A stretch of 38,155 nucleotides of DNA from a virus (Duplodnaviria; Caudoviricetes), in the IMG/VR virus record IMGVR_UViG_3300005077_000049, positions 1 through 38,155 of that record, one strand, 5' to 3'. The translations under genes were made by a program, and so were the position numbers. Positions 36,010 through 38,155 of this stretch are shown here, in pieces. A model generated the notes under the pieces. That model was not told the origin of the DNA and searched no databases. It saw nothing but the letters and a program-made list of their open reading frames with translations. How positions within the stretch are numbered: position 1 is the first letter of the stretch; each line of letters starts with the position of its first letter.

Positions 36010-36353
36010 CGGAAATTTCTCATTATGCTGACTCATATAAAATAAAAAAATTACTCTGGGAAAGCTCAGACTGGAAACCACAGATAGAAGAATTTATTAA
36101 ACAGCAACCTCATTTAGGTAGGAAAAGGTATTATGTTTGTCCTAAAAATCTCATAGACCCTGACGAAATAAAAAACGGATTCGGTCTTTATTATTTCACA
36201 GGGGAAAAGTTTTATTTAAAGAAGAAGTCAAAAAGTTTTAAATGCGATATATATTCTGAATTGAAATTACTTTCTCATGCTTTTCGCAAATATGCTCATG
36301 AGGGAGAAAAGAATATTTTAATAAATCGATACGATCAGGAGGGTATATCATGA
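36006..36353 (+). CDS. Hypothetical protein, possibly the C-terminal half of an MmcB-like nuclease fold
   Basis: G..RYY.CP..LI..DE....GL. Confidence 0.4.
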   Translation: MTEISHYADSYKIKKLLWESSDWKPQIEEFIKQQPHLGRKRYYVCPKNLIDPDEIKNGFGLYYFTGEKFYLKKKSKSFKCDIYSELKLLSHAFRKYAHEGEKNILINRYDQEGIS

Positions 36354-36988
36354 AAATAATTAAACCAAGCTATGAGATATTAACATCGATAGACAGGATA
36401 GAGGTTTTGAAACTAATAGAAAGAATAGGCAGGACTTGTTATAAATCTGAAGGTAAAATCACAGAAATTAGCTATGGCCCTTTCGTGGAAAAACTCGTCA
36501 AGAGTGGTCATGAAGCAATGATAGAGTTCTTTGATATTGCGGTTAAGTTTATTCACAACAGGGGATTCTCTCATGAGATGGTCAGACATAGACATTGCTC
36601 TTTCGCTCAAGAGAGTACCAGGTATTGTGATTATTCAGGAGAGATTACAGTAGTTAAACCATATTGGAGAGAACATCACAATCATTTGAGAGATGAACTG
36701 AGTCAAAAACTACTTTATAATATATGGAAAAAATCAATGGAGGCGTCAGAAGACAGTTATAAAAAATTAAAGACAGACGGTGATTATGGAATGTCTCCCC
36801 AAGCATGTCGTGGAGTCCTGCCGATTGATGTCAAAACTGAAATAGTGGTCAAAGCAAATCTCAGGGAGTGGCGACATATTTTCAAATTAAGATGTTCAAG
36901 TGGAGCACATCCTGACATGAGAAGGGTAATGATTCCATTGAGAGATGAACTGACTCAAAAACTACCAGAGATATTTCGGGGGTGTTAA
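36350..36988 (+). CDS. thyX: Flavin-dependent thymidylate synthase
   Basis: GH....E, RHR..SF.QESTRY, N.REWRH...LR....AHP. Confidence 0.93.
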   Translation: MKIIKPSYEILTSIDRIEVLKLIERIGRTCYKSEGKITEISYGPFVEKLVKSGHEAMIEFFDIAVKFIHNRGFSHEMVRHRHCSFAQESTRYCDYSGEITVVKPYWREHHNHLRDELSQKLLYNIWKKSMEASEDSYKKLKTDGDYGMSPQACRGVLPIDVKTEIVVKANLREWRHIFKLRCSSGAHPDMRRVMIPLRDELTQKLPEIFRGC

Positions 36989-37056
36989 AAATTTGTGAAA
37001 AATTCATAAAAGATTCTTTATGATACAAGAATACATGGAAACATTGGGAGGAGATC

Positions 37057-37296
37057 ATGAAAAAATATACTGCAATTATAGTGATGTTGTTAATTTTTCT
37101 CTCTCCAATTTCTACTGGGAGCGAACAGAGCGAGAACTATTATGAAGTCCAGGTGTCCAGGGGGAGATGGCAGTTTTATAAAGGAGTTAGATATTGCTAT
37201 TTCATAAAGAACGACGACCTAACGGAGATGGAATTCGGGGGAGTCGGGCGGTATGATTACAAAGTTAAAATAAAAAAAATTGAGAGAGCAAGATGA
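37057..37296 (+). CDS. Small exported protein
   Basis: MKK plus hydrophobic signal peptide. Confidence 0.55.
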   Translation: MKKYTAIIVMLLIFLSPISTGSEQSENYYEVQVSRGRWQFYKGVRYCYFIKNDDLTEMEFGGVGRYDYKVKIKKIERAR

Positions 37297-37377
37297 AATA
37301 TACATGGATAGATTCTTTAATGGCGATAACACTGATAATGTTTATGACTCTACTTTTTACATGTTAAGGAGAAACAA

Positions 37378-37590
37378 ATGGAAATTTTTGTTGGATTTTG
37401 TTGTATAGCTGTTTTGGTTTTATTTGCAATCAGGTCTATTTATAGGCGTGTTAGTGGTTTATATATTTTCGACAGAGTTGTTGTCGGAACATTTATATTC
37501 TTGTTTTTTCTCGGAGTTTTATTATCAATTATAAACTCTGCCCTTTATTGTCTCAAATGTATTTTTAAAGCGATTGGAGGAATATTATGA
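37378..37590 (+). CDS. Small two-TM membrane protein
   Basis: AAGGAG SD; two hydrophobic segments. Confidence 0.55.
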   Translation: MEIFVGFCCIAVLVLFAIRSIYRRVSGLYIFDRVVVGTFIFLFFLGVLLSIINSALYCLKCIFKAIGGIL

Positions 37591-37615
37591 AGGAATATAG
37601 CAAGAGAAAGGTTAG

Positions 37616-37861
37616 ATGAGTAAAGCAAAAGAAGAATTTTACAAATTCAAAAAAGAATGGAACAAACTTTTAGAAAGTAATTATTCAGTTTCTGCAGCTG
37701 ATTATTACATTGAAGAACTTAAAAATCAGAATGAAGAGATGAAAAATATGCTTATAGATATTATTAAAACAAATTATAAAACTGCACATATAGGAATTGA
37801 AGAAGTAGAAATGTTAGTTGAAAAAATAACAGGTAAATCTATTGAAGAGGCGTTAAAATGA
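37616..37861 (+). CDS. Hypothetical protein
   Basis: ORF; C-terminal EKITGKSIEE. Confidence 0.6.
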   Translation: MSKAKEEFYKFKKEWNKLLESNYSVSAADYYIEELKNQNEEMKNMLIDIIKTNYKTAHIGIEEVEMLVEKITGKSIEEALK

Positions 37862-37895
37862 GTAAAGCAAACCGAACCGCCGGAGGATTATTAAG

Positions 37896-38078
37896 ATGGG
37901 AATAGAAAAGTTAACTTTAATTTTTTGTGATATTTGCAGCCAAACATATGCAGATGGCGATTGCAAAACAGATAATGCGACTATAATTAGACGACAATAT
38001 AAAGCAGATGGTTGGATAAATCGTGGAACAAAAGATTATTGTCCTGCATGCGCTGAAGAGGTATTAAAAGATGAGTAG
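37896..38078 (+). CDS. Small Zn-finger protein
   Basis: CDIC...GW......DYCPAC; GGAGG SD. Confidence 0.7.
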   Translation: MGIEKLTLIFCDICSQTYADGDCKTDNATIIRRQYKADGWINRGTKDYCPACAEEVLKDE

Positions 38079-38155
38079 CAAGCCAACCAAAATTCATTGG
38101 AGATGTACAAAGTGCAATATAGAAATCACAATGGAAACCGACTGTGATTTCAAGA
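38057..38155. repeat. 99-bp terminal direct repeat, right copy
   Basis: Identical to 1-99. Confidence 0.97.

Noticed and set aside
37858-37905. Repeat of ATGAGTAAAGCAAA (also at 37616) opening a 15-codon ORF
   Set aside because: Probably a remnant of a deleted gene start; too short to support a function
142-38078. Stop-codon reassignment
   Set aside because: Core genes are full length and tightly packed under the standard code, and TAA, TAG and TGA all end real genes

Overview
The window is very likely one complete circular (or circularly permuted) temperate tailed-phage genome of 38,056 bp. Bases 1-99 are identical to 38057-38155, which is best read as an assembler overlap. There are four blocks. 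(1) A leftward late operon (~142-22626) of podovirus type: large terminase, P22-like portal, displaced small terminase, scaffold, N4-gp56-like major capsid, two paralogous decoration proteins, adaptor, tail fibre, an embedded lysis cassette, three tandem C1q-like paralogues, a nozzle, ejection proteins and a degenerate PurD-like ATP-grasp protein. (2) A rightward operon of small genes (23452-27032) containing a canonical type I hammerhead ribozyme, repeated G-U-rich hairpins, a gene frameshifted by a 16-bp duplication and a terminal RHH regulator. (3) A leftward large serine integrase, with a candidate attP inside its 3' end, and a CI-like repressor. (4) A rightward recombination/replication/nucleotide block (ERF, Cas4-like nuclease, SSB, replisome organiser, NinG, NrdD-like peptide, MazG-like, ThyX) that also holds a tRNA-like RNA. 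Family calls come from motif recognition by eye; no database search was run. The SSB resembles spirochaete SSBs, a tentative host hint.
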